From Patescibacteria group bacterium (GTDB taxonomy: Bacteria > Patescibacteriota > Microgenomatia > UBA8517), in NCBI GenBank assembly GCA_036835125.1, contig DAITMO010000001.1, positions 319,508 through 383,507 on the forward strand: a stretch of DNA of 64,000 bases, given 5' to 3'. A program made the position numbers and the translations under genes. The notes under the pieces were generated by a model that was not told the DNA's origin, ran no database searches, and worked only from the letters and a program-made list of their open reading frames with translations. The stretch's first letter is position 1. Each line of letters opens with the position of its first letter. Below, piece by piece: positions 1 through 9,600 of this stretch.

Positions 1-198
1 GGGTCAGTCACTGCAGGATTTGACATTGAAGTTCTTTTTATTGCAAGAAAGTTGGGTTTGAAGATTGTTGAAATTCCAGTTGAATGGTATGAATATGGGC
101 AAAGAAAAGCTGTTAATCCTATTAGTGACTCTATAGAAGGGTTAAGGGGGATACTTATGATTCGCCTCAATGCACTTAAAGGAAAATATAGAGTTTAG
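1..198 (+). CDS. 5'-truncated CDS; C-terminus of a GT2 polyprenyl-phosphate sugar synthase (DPM1/GtrB-like)
   Basis: Frame 1 translates to ...GSVTAGFDIEVLFIARKLGLKIVEIPVEWYEYGQRKAVNPISDSIEGLRGILMIRLNALKGKYRV*. The FDIEvl...kIvEiPv.w segment is typical of the DPM1/GtrB-like GT2 C-terminus. Stop is at 196-198. Confidence 0.5.
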   Translation, partial: GSVTAGFDIEVLFIARKLGLKIVEIPVEWYEYGQRKAVNPISDSIEGLRGILMIRLNALKGKYRV

Positions 199-209
199 AT
201 TATTTAAAA

Positions 210-1304
210 TTAAATATTTTTAAGTAGCTTCAACAATTTTGAGTTTACATATATTCTTTGTCTTGTGTGGATTCCAATATTATTAATTATTTTTTTACTT
301 GTTAACATCTTTAAATATCTTTCACAAGACGAACTTGGAATATTAAGTGCATTGCTCACAATGGCTCTGTTTAGGTATGGTGATTGGTAACTAAATTCCA
401 ACACTCTTAGCAAATTAATATTTGCGTTTTCTTTTTCTATTGTCTTTTTTGATTCATTGAATAAATTATCTATATCAAGGGCAATCTTCATAGAAAGTCT
501 TGCTTGTGTTTCCATTGCTTTTAAGAAATACATAAACCATGAATACCAGTCTTCTTTTGTATCAACTCTCGACAATGCGTTAATGTAGGAAGATTTATTT
601 TTTTCAAAATAACCACTAGGGTAAAGAATTGGGTAAGTTAACAATCTCTGACTTAATAAATACAATGAGATAACCAATCTTCCTGTTCTACCATTCCCAT
701 CTTCGAATGGATGGATGGCTTCTAATCGATGATGGATTATCCCGCAAGCAAGAAGTGGATGAACATCTCCTCTGCTGGCTATAAATTTTTGAAGTTGCCC
801 CATCAAAATTGGCACTTGTGAGGCATCTGGGGGGAGGTATCTAGCCTTTTCTTTTATTGTCCCTTCAGGTCCAATCCAAACATCTCCCTTTCTAAACTCA
901 CCAGGATGTTTACCTTGACCCCTAACACCTTTTAATAATGTTTTGTGAACCTCGCGAATTAATAGCTGCGTAAAACCATATTTTTCAATTATTTCAATAC
1001 CAGCAAACATGGCATTTTCATAATTTTTTATCTCTTGAGCCTCGTTTTTCTTTTCAGGTGTTTGATTTATAATGTCTATTTTATAAACGTCTTCAATTGA
1101 AGCTTGAGTTCCTTCAAGTTGAGAACTCGACTCAGCTTCTTTTGCAAGGATTGGATGCATAAGCAAATTGGGATTTTTAAGCAGTCTAGACATCTGATTT
1201 AAGCCTTCAATTGCACCAGTGGTATTAGCTAATTGATTAGACAAATCCTGATTGTAGATACTATTTAAATCTGGTGGAAAAACAGTTTCTATTAGTTTGT
1301 TCAT
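210..1304 (-). CDS. Fic family protein (putative AMP-transferase), class-II type with N-terminal inhibitory helix and C-terminal wHTH-like tail
   Basis: Canonical Fic motif HPFEDGNGRTGR (HPFx[DE]GNGRxxR). The N-terminal TGAIEG matches the inhibitory (S/T)xxxE(G/N) motif. The 364 aa length is typical of Fic. Confidence 0.85.
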   Translation of the reverse strand: MNKLIETVFPPDLNSIYNQDLSNQLANTTGAIEGLNQMSRLLKNPNLLMHPILAKEAESSSQLEGTQASIEDVYKIDIINQTPEKKNEAQEIKNYENAMFAGIEIIEKYGFTQLLIREVHKTLLKGVRGQGKHPGEFRKGDVWIGPEGTIKEKARYLPPDASQVPILMGQLQKFIASRGDVHPLLACGIIHHRLEAIHPFEDGNGRTGRLVISLYLLSQRLLTYPILYPSGYFEKNKSSYINALSRVDTKEDWYSWFMYFLKAMETQARLSMKIALDIDNLFNESKKTIEKENANINLLRVLEFSYQSPYLNRAIVSNALNIPSSSCERYLKMLTSKKIINNIGIHTRQRIYVNSKLLKLLKNI

Positions 1305-1520
1305 CTTCCCAATTTTGAACTATTTTGGGAAGATTGTCAAGTCATCTCCCCAAAGTTGGGAAGATCAAATACAAATTGGGAAATGCCTATATAGCAAAGG
1401 TGACTTTAAAGGTAGTTTTTGATATTAAATTTGATTCTGAAAAGTATTGGCGTGAGAATCTTGCTGGTAAAAAATACCCTTCATATTAATATCGAGCCCA
1501 GATAATGGTACAATCTAATC
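1305..1520. promoter_or_regulatory. Divergent intergenic control region with three direct repeats of TTGGGAAGAT-like sequence and an extended -10 (TGgTACAAT) immediately upstream of the 1521 ATG
   Basis: TTTGGGAAGATTGTCAAG, GTTGGGAAGATCAAATAC and ATTGGGAAATGCC lie within about 70 bp. TGGTACAAT ends about 8 nt before the ATG at 1521, with no Shine-Dalgarno, so the transcript may be leaderless. Confidence 0.3.
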
Positions 1521-2417
1521 ATGGCTAAATTGTCTATTGTTATAAATGCACAGAATGCAGAGAAAGACTTGTCTTGTGTACTTGCTTCCATCAAAAATCT
1601 CGCTGATGAAATTGTTGTGATTGATCAGGGTTCAACCGATAACACCTCCAAGATTGCTAAAGAGTTTGGGGCTAAAATCTATAAACATGAGTCAGTAAAA
1701 TATGTTGAACTTACCCGTAATTTTGCTATAGGGAAGGCTACGGGTGATTGGATTCTTATACTCGACCCTGATGAAGAGATTGGGAAGGAACTTGCTCTCG
1801 AAATAAAAAAAGTTATTAAGGAGAATAAAGCTGATTACTACCGGATTCCAAGAAAAAATATTATTTTTGGGAAATGGATTGCCAACACTCTCTGGTGGCC
1901 CGACTACCAAACAAGGCTTTTTAAGAAAGGGAAAGTCTCCTGGAGTGAGGTAATTCATTCGGTTCCAATAACAATGGATAAGGGGGGAGATTTTGTGGCT
2001 AACGAGAACTTGGCAATAATTCATCATAATTACAGGACAGTTGAAGAATATTTAGAAAAACTTAATCGCTATACATCGGTTCAGGCTGACATTTTAGTTA
2101 AAGATGGATATGTGTTTAACTGGAAAGATTTGATTGGAAAGCCTTTTAAAGAATTTATTGCTAGATATTTTACGGGTCAGGGTTATAAAGATGGAATTCA
2201 TGGACTTGCTCTTTCACTACTTCAAGCATTTTCAGAACTTGTTGTTTATATAAAAGTCTGGCAGGTAGATAAATTTAAAGAGAGTGAAGTTGGGGTAATA
2301 CCAGTTATTGATGAAATGAGAAACAAAGAAAAGGAACTTCATTATTGGCAGAGAGATGCCATTTATAAAAAAACAGGTAAATTTACCGATAGGATCAAAA
2401 GAAAACTTCGAATTTGA
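1521..2417 (+). CDS. GT2 glycosyltransferase (WaaE/KdtX-like)
   Basis: N-terminal GT-A signature IVVIDQGSTDNT and DxD-like ILDPDEE. RIPRKN...GKW...WWPDYQTRLFKKG is typical of the LPS-core WaaE/KdtX GT2 family. Confidence 0.8.
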   Translation: MAKLSIVINAQNAEKDLSCVLASIKNLADEIVVIDQGSTDNTSKIAKEFGAKIYKHESVKYVELTRNFAIGKATGDWILILDPDEEIGKELALEIKKVIKENKADYYRIPRKNIIFGKWIANTLWWPDYQTRLFKKGKVSWSEVIHSVPITMDKGGDFVANENLAIIHHNYRTVEEYLEKLNRYTSVQADILVKDGYVFNWKDLIGKPFKEFIARYFTGQGYKDGIHGLALSLLQAFSELVVYIKVWQVDKFKESEVGVIPVIDEMRNKEKELHYWQRDAIYKKTGKFTDRIKRKLRI

Positions 2418-2418
2418 T

Positions 2419-2796
2419 ATGGAGATAATAAATTTTAAACCAACTTATAAAACAGAAGAAAATCTTGTTGTAATAGATGAATCGAGTGTTCCGATTCCTG
2501 ATGGCTTTGTTGTTAAAGAACGAAGTGTTGTTGTTTTTCCTCCTGGTTCAAAAGGAGGAAATCACAAGCATCCGAGAAAAGAACTTTTTTATACCACTGG
2601 CGATTTAACATTGAAGTATCTTGAGGGCGATAAAAAGGAAGTTTCTATGGCGTCTGTTAATGGGGAGTATAAACTTTTTGTTATTGACCCAGATTTGCCT
2701 CATGTTGTAATAAACAATACCAATAAAGAGATATGTATGTTTGAATTTGCTGATGATGTTCAGCATGATGTAGAAAAAATAGATTTGCTTTCATGA
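2419..2796 (+). CDS. small cupin-like protein (possible sugar-nucleotide isomerase/epimerase-like fold)
   Basis: ATG at 2419 directly follows the upstream stop (TGAtATG). The protein is about 125 aa with a GNHKHP..ELFY...G....L motif resembling cupin metal/His motifs. The longer 2356 start would overlap the previous gene by 60 nt. Confidence 0.35.
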   Translation: MEIINFKPTYKTEENLVVIDESSVPIPDGFVVKERSVVVFPPGSKGGNHKHPRKELFYTTGDLTLKYLEGDKKEVSMASVNGEYKLFVIDPDLPHVVINNTNKEICMFEFADDVQHDVEKIDLLS

Positions 2797-3731
2797 AAAA
2801 CAATAAGCCAAAAGTTTCGATAATCATTCTTACTACAAATGCTCTTGCAATGACAAAAGAGCAATTAGAGGATATTAAAAAGGTTGAGGTAAAAGGAATT
2901 GATTGCGAGTGTTTGGTTGTTGATAATGCGTCGGGCGATGGAACAGAAGAAGCCTTGAGAAACTACAAACTTCCAAACATGGATTATAAATTTATTCAAA
3001 GTGGTGCAAACTTGGGTTTTGCAGGTGGAAATAATGTTGGAATAAAAGATGCTTTGAGGCGGGGTTTTGATTACATAATCCTCATGAACAATGATCTTAT
3101 TCTTCCAACAGATATTGTTACAAAGATGGTGAATTTTATGGAAGAGAATCCTGACGTTGGAGTGATGTCTCCAAAAATGTATTTTGCAAAAGGATATGAA
3201 TTCCACAAAGATAGGTATAAAGAATCTGAAAAAGGAAAGGTTATTTGGTATGCGGGTGGGGTGATTGATAGAAATAATGTTTATTCAGTTCATAGGGGGG
3301 TTGATGAAGTTGATCATGGGCAGTATGACAAAACCATTGATACAGATTTTGCCAATGGGGCTACTGTTATAATTAGGCGGAGTGTATTTAAAAAAGTTGG
3401 ACTTTTGGACGCTTCATACTTTTTATATTGGGAGGATGCTGATTTTAGTGAAAGAGTAAAACGTTTTGGCTTTAGAGTTGTTTACTATCCAGGTACTTAT
3501 ATGTGGCACAAAGTTTCGGCATCAACTGGAGGGAGTGGAAGTCCTACAAATGATTATTTTTTAATTAGAAATAGATATTTTTTTGCAATGAAGTATCTAA
3601 GGCTTCGAACTAAATTTGCAGTTTTTAGGGATACGGTGAGAGTTATTTTTACGGGACGCAAATGGCAAAAATTGGGGGCAATTGACGCACTTCTTGGAGT
3701 GAGAGGGATGGGAATGTGGAAAAATCGATGA
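2793..3731 (+). CDS. GT2 glycosyltransferase (rhamnosyltransferase/WcaA-like)
   Basis: VSIIILTTN...VVDNASGDGT...GFAGGNNVGI...ILMNNDLIL is a GT-A/GT2 signature. Start overlaps the upstream stop by ATGA. Confidence 0.8.
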   Translation: MKNNKPKVSIIILTTNALAMTKEQLEDIKKVEVKGIDCECLVVDNASGDGTEEALRNYKLPNMDYKFIQSGANLGFAGGNNVGIKDALRRGFDYIILMNNDLILPTDIVTKMVNFMEENPDVGVMSPKMYFAKGYEFHKDRYKESEKGKVIWYAGGVIDRNNVYSVHRGVDEVDHGQYDKTIDTDFANGATVIIRRSVFKKVGLLDASYFLYWEDADFSERVKRFGFRVVYYPGTYMWHKVSASTGGSGSPTNDYFLIRNRYFFAMKYLRLRTKFAVFRDTVRVIFTGRKWQKLGAIDALLGVRGMGMWKNR

Positions 3732-4459
3732 AAAATAATAGTATTTCCGCAATAGTGTTGGTTGGTGGAACTATTGATGAGAATTTATTTAAAAAATGTT
3801 TGTCTTCTATTTCTTGGTGTGATGAAATAATAAAAATTGAAACAAAAGACATTCCTGGAAGCTTTTCTGAGTGGAGAAATGAGGGAGCAAAGAAAGCTAC
3901 TAGTGAATGGCTACTATATATTGATACAGATGAAGAGATAAATGAAAAGTTGAGAGAGGAAATAAAAAATGTAGTTGATAGACAACCTACAACAAAATCT
4001 GCTTATGCAATTCCTCGTAAAAACACTCTTTTGGGACATACCATGCGTTGGGGTGGATGGTACCCCGATTATGTATTAAGACTTATAGAGAGGGATAAAC
4101 TAAAAGGTTGGTTTGGAGAACTTCATGAACAGCCTCTTATTGATGGTGAGGTAGGGAAACTCAAAAATCCATTATTGCATGATAGTCATAGAAAAATTTC
4201 CGGAATGATTGAGAAGACTAATAAATGGTCTGAAATTGAAGCAAAACTTTTATATGAATCAGGGCATCCGAAGATGAACTTTGTTAGGTTTTGTTCTGCG
4301 GGGTTTAGAGAATTTTGGTATAGGGCGATTAAAAAACTTGGTTTTTTGGATGGGAAAGCTGGAGTGGTTGAGATAATCTATCAGGTTTATAGCAGGCTTA
4401 TAACATATTCTAAACTTTGGGAATTGCAGATGAAAGAATCTAATAATAAAAATAAATGA
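3728..4459 (+). CDS. GT2 glycosyltransferase (WaaE/KdtX-like)
   Basis: LYIDTDEE, AIPRKNTLLG, WGGWYPDYVLRLIERD are the same family signatures as 1521..2417. ATG at 3728 overlaps the upstream stop (ATGA); the ORF track's 3716 start is a GTG. Confidence 0.75.
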   Translation: MKNNSISAIVLVGGTIDENLFKKCLSSISWCDEIIKIETKDIPGSFSEWRNEGAKKATSEWLLYIDTDEEINEKLREEIKNVVDRQPTTKSAYAIPRKNTLLGHTMRWGGWYPDYVLRLIERDKLKGWFGELHEQPLIDGEVGKLKNPLLHDSHRKISGMIEKTNKWSEIEAKLLYESGHPKMNFVRFCSAGFREFWYRAIKKLGFLDGKAGVVEIIYQVYSRLITYSKLWELQMKESNNKNK

Positions 4460-5484
4460 AAGCAGGAGTTTTTAATCCATATCTTGATACATTGGGGGGA
4501 GGGGAAAGATACACTCTTTCCTTTGCTAAGGTATTGCAAAACAAGGGATATGAAGTTGATGTTGAGTGGAAGGATGTTGGTATCAAAAAAATTCTTGAAG
4601 AGAGATTTGGAATTGATTTAAAAGAAATAAATATAGTCCCTGATATCAAAAAAGGGGAGGGATATGATCTTTGCTTTTGGGTGTCAGACGGGAGTATCCC
4701 TTTAATGCACGGAAGAAACAATATTCTTCATTTTCAAGTTCCATTTCATAAGGTAAATGGAAAAAGTCTAATGAATAAAATGAAGATGTTTCGAATAAAC
4801 CAGATTGTATGTAATTCAGAGTTTACAAAGAAAGTCATTGATAAAGAGTTTGGAGTAAATAGTGTTGTTGTTTATCCGCCGGTTGATACTGGCAAAATAA
4901 AATCAAAAAGAAAAGAGAACATAATTCTATATGTTGGAAGATTTTCTAAAGTACTTCAAAGTAAGGGGCAGGAGCATTTGGTGGATGCTTTTAAAATTTT
5001 ATGTGACGGAGGAATAAAAGATTGGAAATTAGTTTTGGCTGGGGGAAATGAAGTTGGGGCTGAAAGTTTTATTAAAGAATTGAAAGCTCAATCTGAAGGA
5101 TATCCAATAGAAATAATTGAGAGTCCTGATTATAAAACCTTAGTTGATTTGTATGGAAAATCAAAAATATTTTGGAGTGCTGCTGGATTTGGAAAGGATG
5201 AAAATGTTAGTCCTGAGGTTATGGAACATTTTGGTATAACAGTTGTAGAGGCAATGGCAGGAGGGAATGTCTCAATAATTTATAATGGAGGTGGTTATAA
5301 GGAGATTGTTGAGAATTATACTAATGGCTATCTTTGGAATAGTTTGGATGAGCTGGTTGAAAAAACAAAAGAGATAATAGCAAATCCAAAAAAATTAAAC
5401 GAATTAGCAAGTGCGGCAAAAACATCTGTTCAAAAATATGGCATTAAAACTTTTGAAGAAAAAGTTTTCGAAATTATTAAATAA
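4456..5484 (+). CDS. GT4 (GT-B) glycosyltransferase
   Basis: C-terminal GT4 motif ...FGITVVEAMAGG...GG..EIV plus the ILYVGRFS...KG donor-binding region. ATGA overlap with the upstream gene. Confidence 0.75.
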   Translation: MKAGVFNPYLDTLGGGERYTLSFAKVLQNKGYEVDVEWKDVGIKKILEERFGIDLKEINIVPDIKKGEGYDLCFWVSDGSIPLMHGRNNILHFQVPFHKVNGKSLMNKMKMFRINQIVCNSEFTKKVIDKEFGVNSVVVYPPVDTGKIKSKRKENIILYVGRFSKVLQSKGQEHLVDAFKILCDGGIKDWKLVLAGGNEVGAESFIKELKAQSEGYPIEIIESPDYKTLVDLYGKSKIFWSAAGFGKDENVSPEVMEHFGITVVEAMAGGNVSIIYNGGGYKEIVENYTNGYLWNSLDELVEKTKEIIANPKKLNELASAAKTSVQKYGIKTFEEKVFEIIK

Positions 5485-7825
5485 GATTTGGCCGATTCTT
5501 CTGATATTGTTTTTTGTTGCCGTGTTTTTCTATCCTGTTTTTTTGAAAAAGCAGTTTCCAATACCGGGCGACTTTGTTGCTGGAACATATTTTCCTTGGA
5601 TGGACTATAAATGGGGTTTCCCTGTGAGAGTTCCTGTTAAAAATCCTGTAACTTCAGATGTTGTTTCAATAATTTATCCTTTGAGAACTTATGCAGTAGA
5701 CTTTCTAAAATCTGGACACTTACCACTTTGGAATCCCCTAATGTTTACCGGCACTCCTCTTTTTGCCGATTTTCAGGTTGCACTTTTTTCTCCTACTATT
5801 TTTTTATATTTTTTACTTCCCAAGATATGGGCATGGACGGGACAAATAATTTTACAGCCATTTCTTGCAGCCGTTTTTTGCTATTTTCTTCTTAGGAATT
5901 TTAAATTGGGAAAGATTGCTTCAGTTTTTGGAGGAATTTTTTATGCTTTTAGTTCATTCAATATTATTTGGATGGAATGGAATACCAACACTCTAACAGC
6001 AGCTTTTATTCCTCTTGTTTTTTTGTTTCTTGATAAATTTATTAGCTCCAGTAAAGCTCACTGGGGGATACTTTTTTCGGTGTCAATTTGTATGCAAATT
6101 TTGAGCGGCTACCCGCAACTTGTAATATTTACCCTATTATTTGCAGTAATTTATGTTCTTTTCAAAATTAAGCAATTTAATTTAAAGAAGCTTATTTTAT
6201 TATTTGTATTTATTATCTTGGGCATTGGCCTTTCTTCAGTTTTTTCTGTGCCGGCATCTGAACTTGTACTGAATTCTCAAAGGAAGTTTGAGCTTTTAAG
6301 CAGGGATTTGGTTTATCTTCCATGGAAAAATCTGGTTACAATCTTAGCACCTGATTATTTTGGAAATTCTGCGACCTACAACTACTTTTCTGACGGCAAC
6401 TATACGATTAATACAATTTACTCCGGTATTGTTGTTTTGACTCTGGCGATTATTGGGGTTTCAAAGTGTTTCGGAAGGAAAGAAGTAAAATATTTCACCT
6501 CAGTATTTTTTATTTCTATCATCTTTGCACTACCAACTGTTTTTGGGAAAATACTTTTTAACTCCCATATTCCTGGAATCTCTGCATCATCAAACACAAG
6601 AATATTAGTTTTTGCAAATTTTGCATTAGCAATACTAGCAGGATTTGGAATAACCAAAATTTTGGAAAAGAAAAAGATAAAACTGAAAAGAATGTTTGTG
6701 GCGGCAATTCCTCTTATCTTGCTTATTTTTATATTTATCTTTACCTATTTTTGGGGGATAAATAAAAATGTTTCTATTAGAAATTTGATATTGCCGTTTG
6801 GTTTATCAGGGTTAACGGTTGCGGCACTGATATTCCGGGAAAAAATATATTCATATAGTTTCTTAAAAAAAATCATTGTTGTTTCAGTTTGTGCTTTGGC
6901 AGTTTTTGAGCTTTTCAGATATGGATGGAAATACACTCCATATTCAACTGCTGATTTAATTTTTCCAAACACTCCAATATTGGAATATTTACAAAAAGAC
7001 AAGAGCGTTCACAGGGTTTCCTTGGGAAATACTGTTCCTATGAACATGCTCGTCCCGTACGGAATGGAAACTGTTTCAGGGTATGACGCTTCATATCCTA
7101 TTTGGTGGGCAAGATTTTTATATGCAATTAAAGGGCAAGATCCTGATGAACCGGGATTCAGTTATTATGCAGAATTTGACAGCTACTTCAGTGATTGGTT
7201 TGATATTTTAAATAATAAATATCTATTAGTGTTGGACCCTGAGCAAACCCATGATATTACAAATTCAAATTTGATCTATCAGGTCGAAAAAGATCCAAGG
7301 TTTGAAAAAGTTTTTCAGGACAAGTCAGTGATTGTCTATGAAAATAAGGAAGTATTTCCACGCGCATTCTTTATGAGTGATTGGGAATATGTTCCTGAGA
7401 GTGACACCTTGAAAGTCTTAAAGGATCCCAAGTTTCCTCTTAAAAATAAAATCACAATAGATAAGTATATTGATTTGGAAAAGAGTAAAAACACAAAGGC
7501 AATCATCTCTTATAAAGAGTATTCTCCAGAAAGAAACGTTATAGAAGTTAGTTCAACTGGAAATGGATTCTTGGTTGTAACGGATTCCTGGTATCCGGGG
7601 TGGAAAGTAAAAGTTGATGGGATTGATTCTCAAATATATAGAGCAGATTACATCTTTAAGTCGGTTCCTATTGGCAATGGGAATCATGTAATTGAGTTTT
7701 ACTATGAACCACTGTCTTTAAAGATTGGGAAGATCATAACTTTGGCATCTGGATTTATTTTATTGCTTGTTATATTGCTTCACAGAACGGTTGAAAGATT
7801 AATCATTGTGAGAAAGCGGGACTAG
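5438..7825 (+). CDS. YfhO-like polytopic membrane glycosyltransferase (GT-C fold)
   Basis: About 795 aa with many predicted TM helices. The C-terminal soluble domain has WYPGWKVKVDG...YRADYIFKSV characteristic of the YfhO family. Start is uncertain: ATG at 5438 is preferred (positively charged N-terminus before the first TM helix), the ORF-track GTG is at 5411, and either overlaps the upstream gene. Confidence 0.6.
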   Translation: MALKLLKKKFSKLLNKIWPILLILFFVAVFFYPVFLKKQFPIPGDFVAGTYFPWMDYKWGFPVRVPVKNPVTSDVVSIIYPLRTYAVDFLKSGHLPLWNPLMFTGTPLFADFQVALFSPTIFLYFLLPKIWAWTGQIILQPFLAAVFCYFLLRNFKLGKIASVFGGIFYAFSSFNIIWMEWNTNTLTAAFIPLVFLFLDKFISSSKAHWGILFSVSICMQILSGYPQLVIFTLLFAVIYVLFKIKQFNLKKLILLFVFIILGIGLSSVFSVPASELVLNSQRKFELLSRDLVYLPWKNLVTILAPDYFGNSATYNYFSDGNYTINTIYSGIVVLTLAIIGVSKCFGRKEVKYFTSVFFISIIFALPTVFGKILFNSHIPGISASSNTRILVFANFALAILAGFGITKILEKKKIKLKRMFVAAIPLILLIFIFIFTYFWGINKNVSIRNLILPFGLSGLTVAALIFREKIYSYSFLKKIIVVSVCALAVFELFRYGWKYTPYSTADLIFPNTPILEYLQKDKSVHRVSLGNTVPMNMLVPYGMETVSGYDASYPIWWARFLYAIKGQDPDEPGFSYYAEFDSYFSDWFDILNNKYLLVLDPEQTHDITNSNLIYQVEKDPRFEKVFQDKSVIVYENKEVFPRAFFMSDWEYVPESDTLKVLKDPKFPLKNKITIDKYIDLEKSKNTKAIISYKEYSPERNVIEVSSTGNGFLVVTDSWYPGWKVKVDGIDSQIYRADYIFKSVPIGNGNHVIEFYYEPLSLKIGKIITLASGFILLLVILLHRTVERLIIVRKRD

Positions 7826-7849
7826 GATGTAAAATAGCAAAAGTAGAGT

Positions 7850-8746
7850 ATGAGTAAATTTTCTGTTTCTGTTGTTATACCAAATCTAAATGGGGAAAAG
7901 CTTCTTGAAAAGAACTTGCCGTTTCTTTTAAAGGCAAAAGATAATCCAAAAAACAATATCATCGAAATAATAATAGTTGATGATGGATCTTGGGATGGAA
8001 GTGTAAAACTCATTACCAAAAATTTTCCCCAGGTTAAACTTATTAAGCATAAAGTAAATAGGGGTTTTTCTGCTGGGGTAAATACTGGAACCAGGATGGC
8101 AAAGGGGGACTTGGTACTTTTAATAAACACGGATGTTATTCCCTCCATTAATTTTCTTGAACCGGTTTTTAAACACTTTGAGGATAAGAGGGTGTTTGCT
8201 GTATCTTTGCATGAGAAAGGATATGGATGGGCAAGAGGAAGCTTTGGAGAGGGTTATATTCAGCTTGGGATGGGAGAAGAAACAAAAACTTCCCACAGGA
8301 GTTTTTATGTAAGCGGGGGAAGTGGAGTATTTAGAAGAAGTATCTGGATGGAACTTGGCGGAATGGATGAAAAACTTCTATCTCCTTTTTATTGGGAAGA
8401 TATTGATATTTGTTATCGGGCTGAAAAGAGAGGATATATAAATCTTTGGGAGCCGGAAGGAAAGGTTGAACACCATCATGAGTCCACCATTAGTAAGTTT
8501 CCAAAGTCATATGTCCAAAGAGTAAAAGAGAGAAATCAGCTTTTGGTTATCTGGAAGAATATTCATAGTCCAAAGCTTATTAGGAACCATATTGTAGGGA
8601 TTTTAAAAAGAGCAATTACTCATCCTGGATACTTTAGGATTATTTTTATGGCGCTTTCTAGATTTGGAATTGCAATGAATCACAGAAAGAAAGAGATCAA
8701 ACTAAGTAAAGTGTCGGACGAGGCGGTATTCATGCAGTATAAATAA
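7850..8746 (+). CDS. GT2 glycosyltransferase
   Basis: VSVVIPNLNGEKLL...IIVDDGSWDGS...NRGFSAGVNTG...LLINTDV is a GT-A signature. Confidence 0.8.
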   Translation: MSKFSVSVVIPNLNGEKLLEKNLPFLLKAKDNPKNNIIEIIIVDDGSWDGSVKLITKNFPQVKLIKHKVNRGFSAGVNTGTRMAKGDLVLLINTDVIPSINFLEPVFKHFEDKRVFAVSLHEKGYGWARGSFGEGYIQLGMGEETKTSHRSFYVSGGSGVFRRSIWMELGGMDEKLLSPFYWEDIDICYRAEKRGYINLWEPEGKVEHHHESTISKFPKSYVQRVKERNQLLVIWKNIHSPKLIRNHIVGILKRAITHPGYFRIIFMALSRFGIAMNHRKKEIKLSKVSDEAVFMQYK

Positions 8747-8758
8747 AATAAAAACAAA

Positions 8759-9589
8759 ATGGGCATAACGCTATCTATCGTAATAGTTAATTTAAATACT
8801 AAGGATCTGACAGTGGGATGCATCAGGTCAATTGAGAAATGGGCAAAAGATTTATCTTTTGAAGTTCTTTTGACAGACAATGGCAGTAATGATGGTTCAG
8901 TTGAGGCTTTCAAGGGAATCAAAAAAGAGAAATATTGGAAAGATAGATTCACATTAATACTAAATGATAGTAATACTGGCTATGCAAAAGCGAATAATCA
9001 GGGAATTAAGAAAGCAAAGGGAAAATACATACTTCTTTTGAATAATGACACAGTTGTTCACAAGGATGCACTTCAAAAACTTGTAGAGTTTGCTGATATT
9101 ACACCTGATGCTGGTGTAGTTGGGAGCCGCCTTCTTAATATTGATGACACACTTCAAATGTCTTGCTATCACTTTCCTACAATTACGAACGCAATAAAGG
9201 AATATTGGTTTGGCAAGAAAGGACTGTTTGAAAAATTTGCTCCAAAGGGAGACACTCCTATCACAGTAGACTCTGTTGTTGGTGCAGCATTTCTTATAAC
9301 TCCCGAAGCAAAAAAGAAAGTTGGAATATTGGACGAGAGGTATTTTGCATATTTTGAGGATATAGACTACTGCAGGCAGACTTGGAAACAGGGGCTAAAA
9401 GTCTATTATCTTCCAGACTCTGTAATAACTCACTATCATGGGGCAACATTTAAAAAGTTGGCTAATGAGGCTGAGCGTTGGAAAAGGCTTATTCCTTCAA
9501 GCAAAGTCTATCACGGACTTTTTAAACACTATTTTATAAACGCTATTTTATGGTTAGGACAAAAAAAGAATAAGCTGTTACAAAAATAG
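8759..9589 (+). CDS. GT2 glycosyltransferase
   Basis: LSIVIVNLN...LLTDNGSNDGS...NTGYAKANNQGI...LLLNNDTVV is a GT-A signature. It is a paralog of 7850..8746. Confidence 0.8.
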   Translation: MGITLSIVIVNLNTKDLTVGCIRSIEKWAKDLSFEVLLTDNGSNDGSVEAFKGIKKEKYWKDRFTLILNDSNTGYAKANNQGIKKAKGKYILLLNNDTVVHKDALQKLVEFADITPDAGVVGSRLLNIDDTLQMSCYHFPTITNAIKEYWFGKKGLFEKFAPKGDTPITVDSVVGAAFLITPEAKKKVGILDERYFAYFEDIDYCRQTWKQGLKVYYLPDSVITHYHGATFKKLANEAERWKRLIPSSKVYHGLFKHYFINAILWLGQKKNKLLQK

Positions 9590-9600
9590 TTAAAATAATT

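Noticed and set aside
1692-2027. Short ORFs (60-130 aa) in antisense or alternative frames inside long genes, for example 1692..2027-, 2865..3206-, 11365..11730+, 19028..19327+ and 54548..54931-
   Set aside because: They lie wholly within strongly supported CDSs on the other strand or frame. They are rich in Leu/Phe/Ile/Lys codons as expected from AT-rich antisense translation, and they carry no motifs or RBS. They are treated as spurious.
4494-4504. G6AG4 tract in the GT4 gene (and other G6 runs at 1982, 3295 and 27236) as additional phase-variation sites
   Set aside because: Runs of 6 G or fewer are well below the length at which slipped-strand mispairing becomes frequent. Only the G9 at 37491 stands out.
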